A stretch of 64,000 bases of DNA from Octopus bimaculoides (GCF_001194135.2 NC_068985.1:921479-985478); one strand, 5' to 3'. Counted from the stretch's first letter, positions 13,686 to 26,913 are shown. Made by a program: numbers and translations. The notes: generated by a model from the letters alone, not told the origin.

Positions 13686-14201
13686 AGTCAGTGGTGCATC
13701 AGAAAGTGTAATTATGCTCACAGTAATTCTATACGATATACAAAAACTCAGCCTTTTAGAAGTGCAGATATTTAACACATTGAGTTGCAGCTCCAACTTC
13801 CAGATATTTTATTTCTCCAAGTTTCATCTCCCAGTCCTCGAGTAATAATTCTCAGATGGGGAAGAAGGGTCGAAGAGAGACCTCCTGCTTAGAGTTTAAC
13901 TGTCTGCTTTAAATTGTTGGTCGACGTCCTGTTTGCCTTGCATTCAGTTTGGTGGTCTACAAATGTTTAATTAAATTAAAACTGATGGACACATCAGTAT
14001 GTGGCCATCTGTTCTAATTTATTTAAATTCTATATTTTTGTGCAGCCGAGGATTGCTCTGCATTTAAATTGATGTAATGATTGCATTGTTCAATTAAATG
14101 GAGTTGCTTGAAACCATCGTACTGCATTACCTCTGGATATCCTTGTTGCTGATTTTGATTCTAATCACCTTATTTTGAAATTGTATGGATAATACTGTAC
14201 T

Positions 14202-14511
14202 AAATTCTGGTGCCTCAACTTAAGTACCATATTCATCTGAATCTATATATATATACATATAATAATATAGATTTAATCAAAAGATTAAATGTGGTACTTA
14301 AAATGTTTGAGGCACCAGAATTTGGTATGGTAAAAACCAAAAACAAAATCAAGAGATTTGGTGAATAAAATTTGAAGAAAAGTAACAAAAGTTCAATAGG
14401 TTATAGCAGTACGTACGTTTTGTACAAACTTCATTTATTCATGTAGTGAGAACACTACATAAAATGTACAATGAAAATGTACTCCTCAGCTGCATAATGG
14501 AATTTCATTTT
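14202..14511 (+). repeat. Unclassified interspersed repeat X with partial inverted terminal duplication
   Basis: 14275-14511 matches the reverse complement of 61985-62215; 14202-14232 is an inverted copy of 14289-14323; cut by an N-gap. Confidence 0.75.
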
Positions 14512-15020
14512 NNNNNNNNNNNNNNNNNNNNNNNNNNNNNNNNNNNNNNNNNNNNNNNNNNNNNNNNNNNNNNNNNNNNNNNNNNNNNNNNNNNNNNNNN
14601 NNNNNNNNNNNNNNNNNNNNNNNNNNNNNNNNNNNNNNNNNNNNNNNNNNNNNNNNNNNNNNNNNNNNNNNNNNNNNNNNNNNNNNNNNNNNNNNNNNNN
14701 NNNNNNNNNNNNNNNNNNNNNNNNNNNNNNNNNNNNNNNNNNNNNNNNNNNNNNNNNNNNNNNNNNNNNNNNNNNNNNNNNNNNNNNNNNNNNNNNNNNN
14801 NNNNNNNNNNNNNNNNNNNNNNNNNNNNNNNNNNNNNNNNNNNNNNNNNNNNNNNNNNNNNNNNNNNNNNNNNNNNNNNNNNNNNNNNNNNNNNNNNNNN
14901 NNNNNNNNNNNNNNNNNNNNNNNNNNNNNNNNNNNNNNNNNNNNNNNNNNNNNNNNNNNNNNNNNNNNNNNNNNNNNNNNNNNNNNNNNNNNNNNNNNNN
15001 NNNNNNNNNNNNNNNNNNNN

Positions 15021-15057
<37 letters not shown>

Positions 15058-15060
<3 letters not shown>

Positions 15061-15535
15061 CATCATCATCATCATCATTGCTTAACGTCCGTTTTTCATG
15101 CTGGCATGGGTTGGATAGTTTGACTGAGGACTGACAAGCCAGTAGGCTGCACCAGACTCCAGTCTAATTTGGTATGGTTTCTACAGCCGGATGCCCTTCC
15201 TAATGCCTACCGCTTTACAGAGTTTGCTGGGTGCTTTTACATGGCACCACATGTGCACATTAATGTAGCTCTTCACAAGTGTTTTTATGTGACACAACAT
15301 GGGTGCTTTTACACGGCGCCACATGAGTGCTTTAATGTGGCACTGCCACGTGTGCTTAGCACCACCAGTAGGATTGGTCTTAACACCTCTGCTGCAAGGT
15401 AAAGATCTTCTTGAGTATGGCCAGGCACCAGGCGCCAGGCACTTCAGTCCTTTGTCATCTCACCTGAAACATTCAGCTTCCTGAGGTCGTTCTGCACTAC
15501 TTCATCCTGTATCTTCCTAGGTCTCCCAGGAGCAC
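15058..15535 (-). mobile_element. 5'-truncated RTE LINE (ORF C-terminus, 3' UTR, (GAT)n tail)
   Basis: Minus-strand translation GRPRKIQDEVVQNDLRKLNVSGEMTKD matches the RTE C-terminus, followed by the same 3' UTR and tail. Confidence 0.85.
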
Positions 15536-15634
15536 TTACGATGTGTGGATATATATGTATGTGCATGCACATATATGCACACACATATAGATATAAGGAC
15601 ATGTACACACACACACACACACACATCTTCAATG

Positions 15635-15862
15635 TTTTATCTCTTACTTGTTTCAGTCATTAAACTGCAGCCATGCTGGACCACCTCCATAGAGAATTTA
15701 GGTGAATAAATTAACTTATTATTTTTTAACTTGGTAGTTATTCTATTGTTCTCGCTTGCCAAACTGCTAAGTTAGAGGAACGTAAACATGCTAACACTGG
15801 TTTCCAAGCAGTGGTGGGGTACAAATACATATATAAAGGTACATGCATAGACTTACATACAT

Positions 15863-15937
<75 letters not shown>

Positions 15938-16092
15938 AAATGGGATTCTTTCAGTTTCTGTCTATGAAATCCACTCGCAAGGCTTTGGTTGGCGTGAAGC
16001 TATAGTAGAAGACACTTGTCCAAGGTACCTTGCAGTGGGACTGAACTCACAACCGTGTGGTTTGGAAGCAAACTTCTGACCACACAGCCACA
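15635..16092 (-). mobile_element. SINE family A, full length with internal (CATA)n(CA)n(TA)n
   Basis: Head TGGCTGTGTGGTCAGAAGTTTGCTTCC..GTGAGTTCAGTCCCACTGCAAGGTACCTTGGACAAGTGTCTTCTACTATAG; same 3' end as 3402-3826. Confidence 0.85.
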
Positions 16093-16116
16093 AATATATA
16101 TGTATTTGTGTATGCC

Positions 16117-16178
<62 letters not shown>

Positions 16179-17820
16179 TGCGTTTGTGTGTGTGTGTGTG
16201 TGTACATAATACAGATACATTGATATAGATATAGAAAGATTTAGATATAAACATTTTTTTTCATGTTTGAAAATATTTTTGAACTGTGTTGATATTCAAC
16301 ACCGAGACTGTTCCATTAGAAATGCTTTGCTGTTGCATAAAACATTCAGAATTAATTCTGTCCTGACGTTCTGTATATCTGATTATTACCATTACTACAG
16401 GGAATTAGTGAAAACTCACATTCAATGGAATAATTCTGTTGAGATATCAAGGATCTCAAGTTCTTCTAATGGCCTTTATAAAACGGAATCTAAGGGGAAA
16501 AATGTATTAAAAATAAAAGAAAACTGTTTTTTATCAATTGGTTTTAATCATCCAAAAATGGTTATGTTATTTTTAGTTTTGTTGTTGTTGATTTTGTTGT
16601 TCTGACAGGCTTTTAAAACCTTTAAAATATGTACAGTATGTCTCATTAAGTTTCTATAGAGAGACAGATGAGTTATCAACATGAGATATCTGAATAGGCT
16701 CCTCAAGCAGATGCTGGATTAACTTGCACCTGGCAAGGTCATCAATGCAACGTTTGCAGGTTTTTTCAAAAAATTTTTTCTGATTTAAAAACAAAATTTT
16801 CAGATTTCAATTAAGATTTTGTAAACAAGCCAGAATATAAATAAGAAAATGCATCATAGACTCTCCCTCACTTTCTCCTTCCACCCTCTTGGGTATTCAT
16901 CGGATTTATAAAAGATTTAAGTATCTGGTGTTGATAAATATATAACTGGATTTGTCAGTATGTATTCTTCAAATACTATTTTTCATTCTTCACTTTATTC
17001 ATAATCTTTCAAATTTCTTCAGGGTTTCTTCTGATGCCGTAATGAGGTGGAGCTTTTCTTTGTGCCTGACTCATGTCTGGCATCTGCTTGTGTTGGTGTG
17101 CTTCTTGTTGTTGCTGCTGTTGCTATTGTTTAGCCTCAAGACAGCTCTTGTTTCACAGACCTTCGCTTAAAAGCATTCCAGCCATGACCTTTACATCTCG
17201 TTTTTTTTCAAACTCATTCTTCTCTTTTTAAAGACAAAGCCTAATGCTATAAAGGAGGTCTGACTGCTATTTCTAGCAGACTGAATGCCCAAGTAGAAGT
17301 TCTGTGGTATATATATATATACAATATATGAGTATATGCATATATATGTACATGTATGTATATACGTTCATCTACATGTACGTATAGATACATAACTGGG
17401 TACATGACGTGGCAAAAGAACAAGGACAAAATGGTAAACAAGGTGCAACAAACAAGCAGGCCACATAGAAACATCCCCTTCATCAGCTGCCACCATTAAA
17501 ACTCTGGCGTTTCGAAGAATTAAGGCAGTAGGTATCGTTAAAATGGTTTTTCCCACGAACACAAATTAAATTGTTACACTTATTTATATATATATATATA
17601 AATATACACACACGCACACACACATATATACATATATACATACATATACATAAATACATATATATATATATTTATGTGAATTCGTGTGCTGAAGCATATT
17701 TCATTGTGTCTGGGAAGAGCCATTCTCTCTTAGTACCTTATTAATTAGCTCACTCACCATGGTCATTTAGTCTCTGTGCAATGCTTCTAGATGTCTCACC
17801 AATGTATGTCATACACACAC

Positions 17821-17865
<45 letters not shown>

Positions 17866-18105
17866 ATTCACAGATGAGATCCAGAGATTCTCTGTACAGA
17901 AGACATATATTAGTGCTCAAAAGATTCAGAATTAGACTCTAATATCTTTACAGGGGATCATTGCACAAGGTAAAGAAAGTTCATGAGAGGGATCAAATTG
18001 AATAGGTAGAGAGTCATTTATGTGGATAAATAAATCAGATAACATCAAATATATAAGATTTATTAAATATATTAGTTTGTGCATGAATTACAAAATATGT
18101 ATACA

Positions 18106-18320
18106 TGCAAAACAAGAGGAAGCAAAAGGTGGAGATTTTCAAATGACGAATTTTTTAGTCTAAATTTATAGATATTTATGTTAATAAGTCCAACTTACAC
18201 AGAGTTCTTTGTCGTTTGTATTCTGTGTTAGTTGGACCTGTTAATATAAATATCTATATATTTAGACTAAAAAAATTCATCACCTGAAAATCTCCACTTT
18301 TGCTTTTTTTTGCTTTTGCA
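18106..18320. repeat. Foldback palindrome / MITE with ~95-bp arms
   Basis: GCAAAAGGTGGAGATTTTCA..AATTTTTTAGTCTAAAT..GTCCAACTTACACAGA pairs with TCTGTGTTAGTTGGAC..ATTTAGACTAAAAAAATT..TGAAAATCTCCACTTTTGC around an ~18-nt loop. Confidence 0.9.
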
Positions 18321-18323
18321 ACT

Positions 18324-18378
<55 letters not shown>

Positions 18379-18671
18379 TATATTGTATTTCATACACAAA
18401 GTAATATATTTAATATATTTCATATATTTGATGTATCTAACTTGTTTATTCACATAATTGCTTATATGGCAGACATTAAATGATGATGATGATGATGATG
18501 ACAACAACGATGATATATATATATATATATATATATAGATAGATAGATAGATAGATAGATAGAGATATATAATTTAAGTAAAAATGAACTGAGGACAACA
18601 TAGACAAATGCAGGTCTATCAAATACTATACAACATAAATACTTGATTCATTCAAGTTATCTTTGTATCTA

Positions 18672-18922
18672 GAGGTTGTGTCATTATTACCAAATGAGAC
18701 TAGCTGCATATCAGAAGGTGTGACAATCATATGAATGAAAAATACTCCAAAGCTATGATGTCATTAAGGAAAAGGACAGGATTATTGCTTTGAGATAAGA
18801 GGACAGTCATGGACCACAAGCCTCTCCTTCGCCATAATATGTTATCTTTGGAGAATTCTTGATCTTGAGATTGTTGCACATTCGCATGAGCTGGTCTCAT
18901 TTGGTAATTATCACACAGCCTC
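18672..18922. mobile_element. MITE with ~35-bp TIRs (TA or CTAG target duplication)
   Basis: GAGGTTGTGTCATTATTACCAAATGAGACTAGCT vs AGCTGGTCTCATTTGGTAATTATCACACAGCCTC; both ends embedded in TCTAGA. Confidence 0.75.
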
Positions 18923-19021
18923 TAGAGGTGGAGATAATTTTGATAAATCAAGAATATATGTTGTATGAAATTTGATATACCTGTATTTATACATAGCGAT
19001 TAATAAAAAGAGAATACATTT

Positions 19022-19670
19022 CCAGAGTCAGAATTCATTTCGTCCGTTTATTTCTCGATATCAGAATACTTTGTAAAAATATACGTAAATATGAAAATGT
19101 TGATACAATATAAAATACAAAGCATAAAAATACTTGCATGGCATCGTATGGAATTGTATGTCCGTGTTTGGAATCAATGAGAAGGTTATTATACATGCAC
19201 GGTCAATATTGTGTTAATTGAAATAATCAGATGGACGAGAGAGTGGTTCAAAATGATTTTAAGAGGAATCCATAGATAAATCCAGTGAAAGTTCAGATTC
19301 TTACGGCCGTTTCAAGAACAGGTGCTACGAAATGGATGAACCATTTCCATCCATCTTAGTTACCCGCATTTCTTTCTTCAGAGATGACTTAAGAGGATTT
19401 AAAAGATTAAATAGATTTTTTTTGTTATTTTTAAAATTTGAAATTTGAAGTGAAAGCACATGCTGTTCAAGGGAATGAAATAAAATAAATACTGAATTTT
19501 AGTGTTTATATAGACTGCAAAATGCTTAGCGGACCTACAATTTCATATGATGTCATGTGAGTATATTTATATATTTTATATTGTATCTACATATTTATAT
19601 ATTACGTATATTTCATGATGCATTCTGATGTTGAGAAATCTACTGACAAAATGAATTCTGACTCCTATGG
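19022..19670. mobile_element. ~650-bp non-autonomous TIR element, superfamily unassigned
   Basis: GAGTCAGAATTCATTTCGTCCGTTTATTTCTCGATATCAGAAT vs ATTCTGATGTTGAGAAATCTACTGACAAAATGAATTCTGACTC; no internal ORF recognised. Confidence 0.7.
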
Positions 19671-19754
19671 TTTATTATCTTTTTATTAATCTCCATATTT
19701 CATGTTGCTCTTTTAATGAGACTGCTAATTTGTTGTTCTGTACAAGCTGATCAT

Positions 19755-19839
19755 ATGTGTGTGTGTGTGAGTGTGTGTGTGTGTGTGTATGTATATGTAT
19801 ATGTGTATATATGTATATATATATGTATATATATATATG

Positions 19840-19872
<33 letters not shown>

Positions 19873-19873
19873 A

Positions 19874-19905
<32 letters not shown>

Positions 19906-19935
19906 CATATATATGTATATATATATGTATATATG

Positions 19936-19980
<45 letters not shown>

Positions 19981-20019
19981 ATATATCTATATCTATCTAC
20001 CTATCTATCTATCTATCTA

Positions 20020-20082
<63 letters not shown>
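19755..20082. repeat. Compound (TG)n/(TA)n/(TCTA)n/(TC)n microsatellite
   Basis: Direct reading; source of several spurious YI/CV ORFs. Confidence 0.97.
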
Positions 20083-20086
<4 letters not shown>

Positions 20087-20329
20087 TTGTACATATATGT
20101 ATATTGATACATTTGTATAAGTATGTATGTATGCATGATGGTTTGTTTTTGCATTTGTTTAGATCTCATGCACTTCCATGGAAGTTGGCACTGTAAGCTG
20201 TATTGGTGTGATCAGTTCTCCTCTCACCAAATCCTCTGCTCACTTCACACTTTCAAAGCTGTGTGGAATAAAAGATCCATTACTTGAAGAATAAGTAAGG
20301 ATGTTAGTGTAATGAGATGTTTCTCAAAA

Positions 20330-20540
20330 AAGGAGCAGGCAGCATTAGTGTGTTTATTTGGTACGCAGGAAGGATGACTGCTGTATAAAGAAGTGCCAAG
20401 AACTCTAAGTCTGTGAAATATGTGAAAGAGAGAGAGAAAGGAAGACTTGGAATAAATTGGTGAAAGTTAACCTGAAGATGTTGCACCTCATAGAGGAAAG
20501 GGCAGAGGACTATATTGGTTGGCAATAAGCTGAGCTACTA
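20330..20540 (+). mobile_element. Highly decayed RTE LINE C-terminus
   Basis: Translation DDCCIKKCQEL*VCEICERERERKTWNKLVKVNLKMLHLIEERAEDYIGWQ aligns by eye with RTE ..SCVKKC..GRGRPRKTW..VK.DL..L.L.E....D...W. Confidence 0.55.
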
Positions 20541-20599
20541 AAGGTTTGCCCACTGCAAGATACACAAAAACTCAAGGATCACTTTTAGGGGCTACTCTG

Positions 20600-20760
20600 T
20601 CTCCCATTTCTTCACCTGTCTGCTATTGTTCATTGGACCCCTTTTTGCTCTTCCTTTTTTCATTCATAGCCCTCCATCTCCCATTTCTTCACCTGTCTGC
20701 TATTGTTCATTCGTCCCCTTTTTGCTCTTCCTTTTTTCATTCATAGCCCTCCATCTCCCA
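20600..20760. repeat. 77-bp tandem direct duplication (2 units)
   Basis: TCTCCCATTTCTTCACCTGTCTGCTATTGTTCATT... starts at 20600 and 20677, with the TCTCCCA start repeated at 20754. Confidence 0.92.
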
Positions 20761-21807
20761 ACTCTCAACCGTCTGAGCTGGTCATATCATCCTCATTATT
20801 CTCCTCTTCTTTTCAGCAGATTTATAGATAGGAAACTGCATTAAACTACAATCATCCATCTTATCCTTTAACTTCCCCACACTGTGCAACCAGCCAGCTC
20901 TTGCTCTCTTCTCTCTAAACTACCTCTGCTGTCACCCATCACCTATTCTCCCCTTTATTTCATCTCCTACTTTTACTCTTGTCCACTTCTGCTATTGTTA
21001 ATTTCATCACCCTCCTGGTCTTACCATTAACCTCCTCTCTCACTGCGCATCACTCTCTTCCTGTCACTACTTTTACATTCCTGTCTTCTTCCCATCATAC
21101 TTTTGTTCCCGCCATCCTCCCACCATTCTAGTTTTTTTCCTTGTACTTTCTCTACTTCCTCTCCAAATCTTCACCTCACTCACGTGATCAAACATACACA
21201 CTCTATTTTACACACCTACATTTCCACCTTTAAACACCAATTCTCAAATAGACATTTTTGTCCTTGTTTGTCTTTATTGCTCCTTCTCCAGATTCGCATT
21301 ATATTATATTAGCCTTGGCCCACACCACTGTTAAGTGGTTGGCTAAATGAGCAGATACACTGAGGAATTATGAGTTCCATCTTGTCCTGTCCCATCAATG
21401 ATTAGTCAACATCTCTAGTGCTGGTGCCATAAGAAAATGCATCTATCACACTCTGTAAAGTGATTGGCATCAGGAAGGCATTCAGCCGAAGAAAGCAAGC
21501 CAAATGACATATGTGGGTCCTTTGTTTCAAGAGCAGTAGCTCCCAATGTGAGGTAACTCATATAGCAATTACCTGAACAACCCATGCCTGAATGGAAACC
21601 AGATGTAAAATGAAAATACGTTGATGACAATGGTGACGATGATATAAATGTGTGTTGAGCTCTCTCTCTCTAGATAAACATATACATGCAGAAACATACT
21701 TATGGACACACACACACACACACAAACACATATATACACCATATATATAGGTGGATGTCGGTATGCACATACCTGTACGTATATATGCATATACTCATTT
21801 ACTTTTG

Positions 21808-21856
<49 letters not shown>

Positions 21857-22120
21857 TGTATATACACCATATATAAAAGCTGAAAGACTTAAATATATTG
21901 AAGGGCAGCATGGGAGTTTCTGCTGCTTATTACTTGCTTTTTTATTTCATTTTTATTCTTGATCTGTTGTCCAAAGTAAAAACCTTGCAGCAAGCAGTTA
22001 GTGTTGCAGAAGCTGTTTGGTTTGTCTGGTGGTGGTTTGGAGGTGGGTGGGAAGGGTTATGGGAAGAATGGGAGCATAATCCAAAAGAGAAGCTCACTTT
22101 AAGTTATAGAGCAGTAGAGT

Positions 22121-22203
22121 AATTAGATAAAGATAGATATGGCCTGTCTATGGGGTTACCCAGGGGAACCCCATAGGCTGGCCATATCTATCATTATCTA
22201 ATT
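22121..22203. other. 83-nt near-perfect hairpin
   Basis: AATTAGATAAAGATAGATATGGCCTGTCTATGGGGTT / AACCCCATAGGCTGGCCATATCTATCATTATCTAATT, 37-bp arms with few mismatches and a 9-nt loop. Confidence 0.85.
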
Positions 22204-22252
22204 GTGCAAGAAAAGGCCTCAAGAGGGATATATTCAGTAGTAGACTGCTATA

Positions 22253-22289
<37 letters not shown>

Positions 22290-23380
22290 AATTGATGGAA
22301 TGAAGCAGGTAAAATCCATGCCACATATATTTTTCCTAGCAAGGAAGTATTGATTATGCATTGAGGGTACTTCACCAGCTAGTCATCAGGCCAAACATAT
22401 CTTTATTAAATGAAAGTATTTTATATTAACGAAGTATCTGCAGCCTGATGAGAAGCTAATTGAGAACCTCTGATTGTGTAATTATTACTTCTGAAGATCT
22501 GCTTGCTAAGAAACATATATAGCCTGAATTTTACCAGCTCTTTTCCCTCAATTTGAATATTTATTCACATTCATAACAACCGAATATGTTCACTGTGAAC
22601 TATTAGAAACCTTTTTTCAGCTTATTGATCTTTGATATGGGGAAAAACCTACAACCTTTGATGTCAATAAACTATCATTGGTCCCAAATGTTGATTTTTA
22701 TACCCACCACAGACTGCTTGAAGCTGACTAACTTCCTACACCTGGATTCTTGGATCTTACATTTACATATTATATGTGTGTATACATATATATTTATATA
22801 TTTATATATATATGTATGTATATATGTATAATGCATGTTTATGTGTGTATATAAATGTAGACACACACACACACACACACAACACACACACATTTTACAC
22901 ATTAATACATATACACTTTAAGCTTTGCCTTCAGCTTTACAAGTTGCCAGTCTGTGTTGTCCGTTCAGAACTCATTTCCCCAATGTGGTGCAGATGTGAC
23001 AATATTAACATATTTATAATCTGACAGATTGTTTAAAATAAGAGTTGTCACTTGATAGTGACAGCCTCATGGTGAAGACAACTGCTCCCGGAAACACACA
23101 CACATACACACATACACACGCATCCATGTACACATGCATAGAGATTGAAGTATGCATACACAGAGACATACTTACACAGACAATTGCAAATATGTTCATA
23201 TAGACTGAGAGACATGAAGTCATAGCCAAGATGTTTACTTCACAGCTTGGTGGTTCCTGGTTCAATCACTGTGAGAACCGTTTGGTGCAATAGTCTTTTT
23301 CTAACATAACCCAGTGTTGACCACACCAGTGCCTTGGGAGAAGAATATGAGAGATGAAAACTCTTGAGAAGCCCACACAT

Positions 23381-23436
<56 letters not shown>

Positions 23437-23488
23437 ATACACACACAAAGAGTATATGTGTATGTATGAATGTATGTGCATATACATG

Positions 23489-23538
<50 letters not shown>

Positions 23539-23805
23539 ATAACCTAGACGTTTTATGACAGAATAATCTAGTAAAGGGAGCTAAGGTGGTGAGGATTAGA
23601 AGAGAAATGAAATGTTGAAGGAAACATGAAATAAGTCTTGTGGAATCCCTAGTTATACTAAAGTCAGTCTAACAGAAGATATCAACAATCCTTGATTTCC
23701 CCAGCAGAAGCTTACTAGAGTGAGCTAACAAGAGAGTAATTGAGACATGAGTAAGAGTAGCTTCGGTCACTAGAGGGATACCATTGACCATGTATGCATG
23801 TATTT

Positions 23806-23875
23806 CATCATTATCATCATCATCACCATCATCACCATCATCATCACCATCGTCATCATCATCATCATCATCATC

Positions 23876-23929
<54 letters not shown>
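23806..23929. repeat. (CAT/CAC)n microsatellite running into a gap
   Basis: Direct reading; explains poly-H/S/I ORFs. Confidence 0.97.
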
Positions 23930-26382
23930 NNNNNNNNNNNNNNNNNNNNNNNNNNNNNNNNNNNNNNNNNNNNNNNNNNNNNNNNNNNNNNNNNNNNNNN
24001 NNNNNNNNNNNNNNNNNNNNNNNNNNNNNNNNNNNNNNNNNNNNNNNNNNNNNNNNNNNNNNNNNNNNNNNNNNNNNNNNNNNNNNNNNNNNNNNNNNNN
24101 NNNNNNNNNNNNNNNNNNNNNNNNNNNNNNNNNNNNNNNNNNNNNNNNNNNNNNNNNNNNNNNNNNNNNNNNNNNNNNNNNNNNNNNNNNNNNNNNNNNN
24201 NNNNNNNNNNNNNNNNNNNNNNNNNNNNNNNNNNNNNNNNNNNNNNNNNNNNNNNNNNNNNNNNNNNNNNNNNNNNNNNNNNNNNNNNNNNNNNNNNNNN
24301 NNNNNNNNNNNNNNNNNNNNNNNNNNNNNNNNNNNNNNNNNNNNNNNNNNNNNNNNNNNNNNNNNNNNNNNNNNNNNNNNNNNNNNNNNNNNNNNNNNNN
24401 NNNNNNNNNNNNNNNNNNNNNNNNNNNNNNNNNNNNNNNNNNNTATGCATGTATGTATGCATATATGTATGTATGATATGTATGTACGTATGTTTGTATA
24501 TATGCATGTATGTACATATGTATTTATATATACATGGATGTATGTATTTATGTGTGTATGTCTCTAAGTATGTATGCATGCTTGAACATATATACACATA
24601 TATACATCCCCAAATATGTATTTACAGATTCCCTCATATACTCCTGTGATATTTCCTTAAATGCTACCATCTTAAAACCATAACTAGTAGCTTTGGCATT
24701 TCCAACCAAAATCTTCAGCTTAATACGGAATATTTAAGTTTCTGGAAGACATGCTGCTAATAGGTATTAAGATCTCAGTCTATTCAGCAGAATGGACTTT
24801 CAATCTGATTCTGATGGAAATTTTAATGGATATGGCTACATAACAGAAGTATACACACATCATACACACATACAGATGTATTGCATACATGCACATGCAT
24901 ACATGCACATGCATACATGCACATGCATACATGCACATGCATACATGCACATACATACACACTCTCAAACACACAGACATATATAGAAATAAACAAAAAG
25001 GAAGGACTAAATGCAGACAAAATCAACAAAAGTCCAACCAATGAAATGGAGTTATAACTATAATTCCTTTCAAGTGCTGACATTCAGCTAATTGGTCCAG
25101 TTCTTAGGACATGAGACGAAAATGTCTGACAGTATTTGGAATCCTACTGAGGTCAGCTTTGTCCTTAATTCTTTCGAAATTAGTAAAGGAAATTCAGGTC
25201 TAAGACTGAGTCTGTCGAGCATCAGATGAGACGCTGTGCAGTATATTAGCCTGGTTCATTTCATTTTGAGTTCAAATCCTGCCATGGCATTCTTGGCAGA
25301 TGGACACCACCCCTCGTTTAGTGCAACTTTTATCAGCTGGTCCTTGGGTGGCTTTAGAGGAAGTCAACTCAACTGGAAACATTTTGACAAGGGTCTTCCT
25401 TTTCTGGGTACATTCCTTCCTTTCTCAGTTATCTTGAAGACCCTGAAAAGGAACATGTGTACTGCCTTCTCAGCGGGCAGTACCCAGAAAATTGGCCAAT
25501 AAACTGGCCAGTACTGCATCAGAACATCTTGGACTAGGATTGGTGATGGTGTTGGTTCTGTTGGTGGTACTTTTGACAATGGAGAAAGTGGTAGGGCAGG
25601 GAATGAAGGTGGTGGTGATAGTGGAGATGATTGTGGTAGCAACAGCAATAAATAGTAGGGGTGGGTGATGATAGTGGTTGTGGTTATGGTGCTAGTAGCC
25701 TGTTATTATGGTATTGATGAAGGTGATGGCTCTGGCAAAGGTGATAACAGCATTAATTCTGGTTAATTGTATAAACGTCGGTGAAGGCGGTGGTGAGGGC
25801 AATGGTGATAGTTTATATAACAGTGGAGGTTGAAGAAAATCTCTTCTGAATGTAACTTAATAAAGTAAATATAATTTTAAAGATGGAAAATTGAAGCAGT
25901 AAAAGCAATCACTGCCATATTGTTTACTTGTCGTTCGATGTATTAACTTCTAAATGATATTTCTTGATGAATTTAATGCATGCAAGCAAGATAGCAAGAT
26001 ATATATATATATATATGTATATATNNNNNNNNNNNNNNNNNNNNNNNNNNNNNNNNNNNNNNNNNNNNNNNNNNNNNNNNNNNNNNNNNNNNNNNNNNNN
26101 NNNNNNNNNNNNNNNNNNNNNNNNNNNNNNNNNNNNNNNNNNNNNNNNNNNNNNNNNNNNNNNNNNNNNNNNNNNNNNNNNNNNNNNNNNNNNNNNNNNN
26201 NNNNNNNNNNNNNNNNNNNNNNNNNNNNNNNNNNNNNNNNNNNNNNNNNNNNNNNNNNNNNNNNNNNNNNNNNNNNNNNNNNNNNNNNNNNNNNNNNNNN
26301 NNTATATATATACATCCATATACATACATGTATGTATAAATGCAGTACTATGTGTGTATGTGTGAGTATGTGTGAGTGTGTG

Positions 26383-26426
<44 letters not shown>

Positions 26427-26699
26427 CATACATATGTAGTGATTGAATTGAATCAATTTAAAGATGGAGGCATATCAATGCAAAGCTCACCATAATTGAT
26501 GACTAGACTCTATGGCACAAATCAACAGATAATCTTTTCCATTAAGGAAGGCAAGTCCATTGGTCTTCATAATCAGCAAATCCAAGAGTATTGAAAATGG
26601 AGTGGAAACTCCAGCATGGCAATGTATAATAATAAAAAAACACATCAACAGATTATATTGTCTCACTACAATGTTTCATCAGAAGAAATTCTAATGACA

Positions 26700-26809
26700 T
26701 AACACCATACATTTATTGGCTGATATTCCCTCCAGCCTTCATCAGGTGTCTTGGGGAAATTTTGGACCTGGGTGCTCATTCATAAGGTATTTTTTCGATG
26801 TCATTATTA

Positions 26810-26850
<41 letters not shown>

Positions 26851-26913
26851 TAGGTCACTGCCTGAAGTCGAACTCAGAATCTTGGGGTTAGTAGCCCGTG
26901 CTCTTAACCACTA
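26700..26913 (-). mobile_element. tRNA-headed SINE-like element with (AAT)n spacer and hammerhead-derived 3' part
   Basis: Minus strand: TAGTGGTTAAGAGCACGGG-CTACTAA-CCCCAAGATTCTGAGTTCGACTTC (A/B boxes), (AAT)n, then GACAC-CTGATGA-A-GGCTG/GAGGGAATAT/CAGCC-AATAAA..GTGTT. Confidence 0.7.

Noticed and set aside
17440-17490. Hammerhead at CTGATGAAGGGG (minus strand)
   Set aside because: No stem II or GAAA follows; at most a relic.
25560-25830. Proline-rich (extensin-like) minus-strand ORF
   Set aside because: A decayed CAC/CAT-type repeat with frameshifts and stops upstream.
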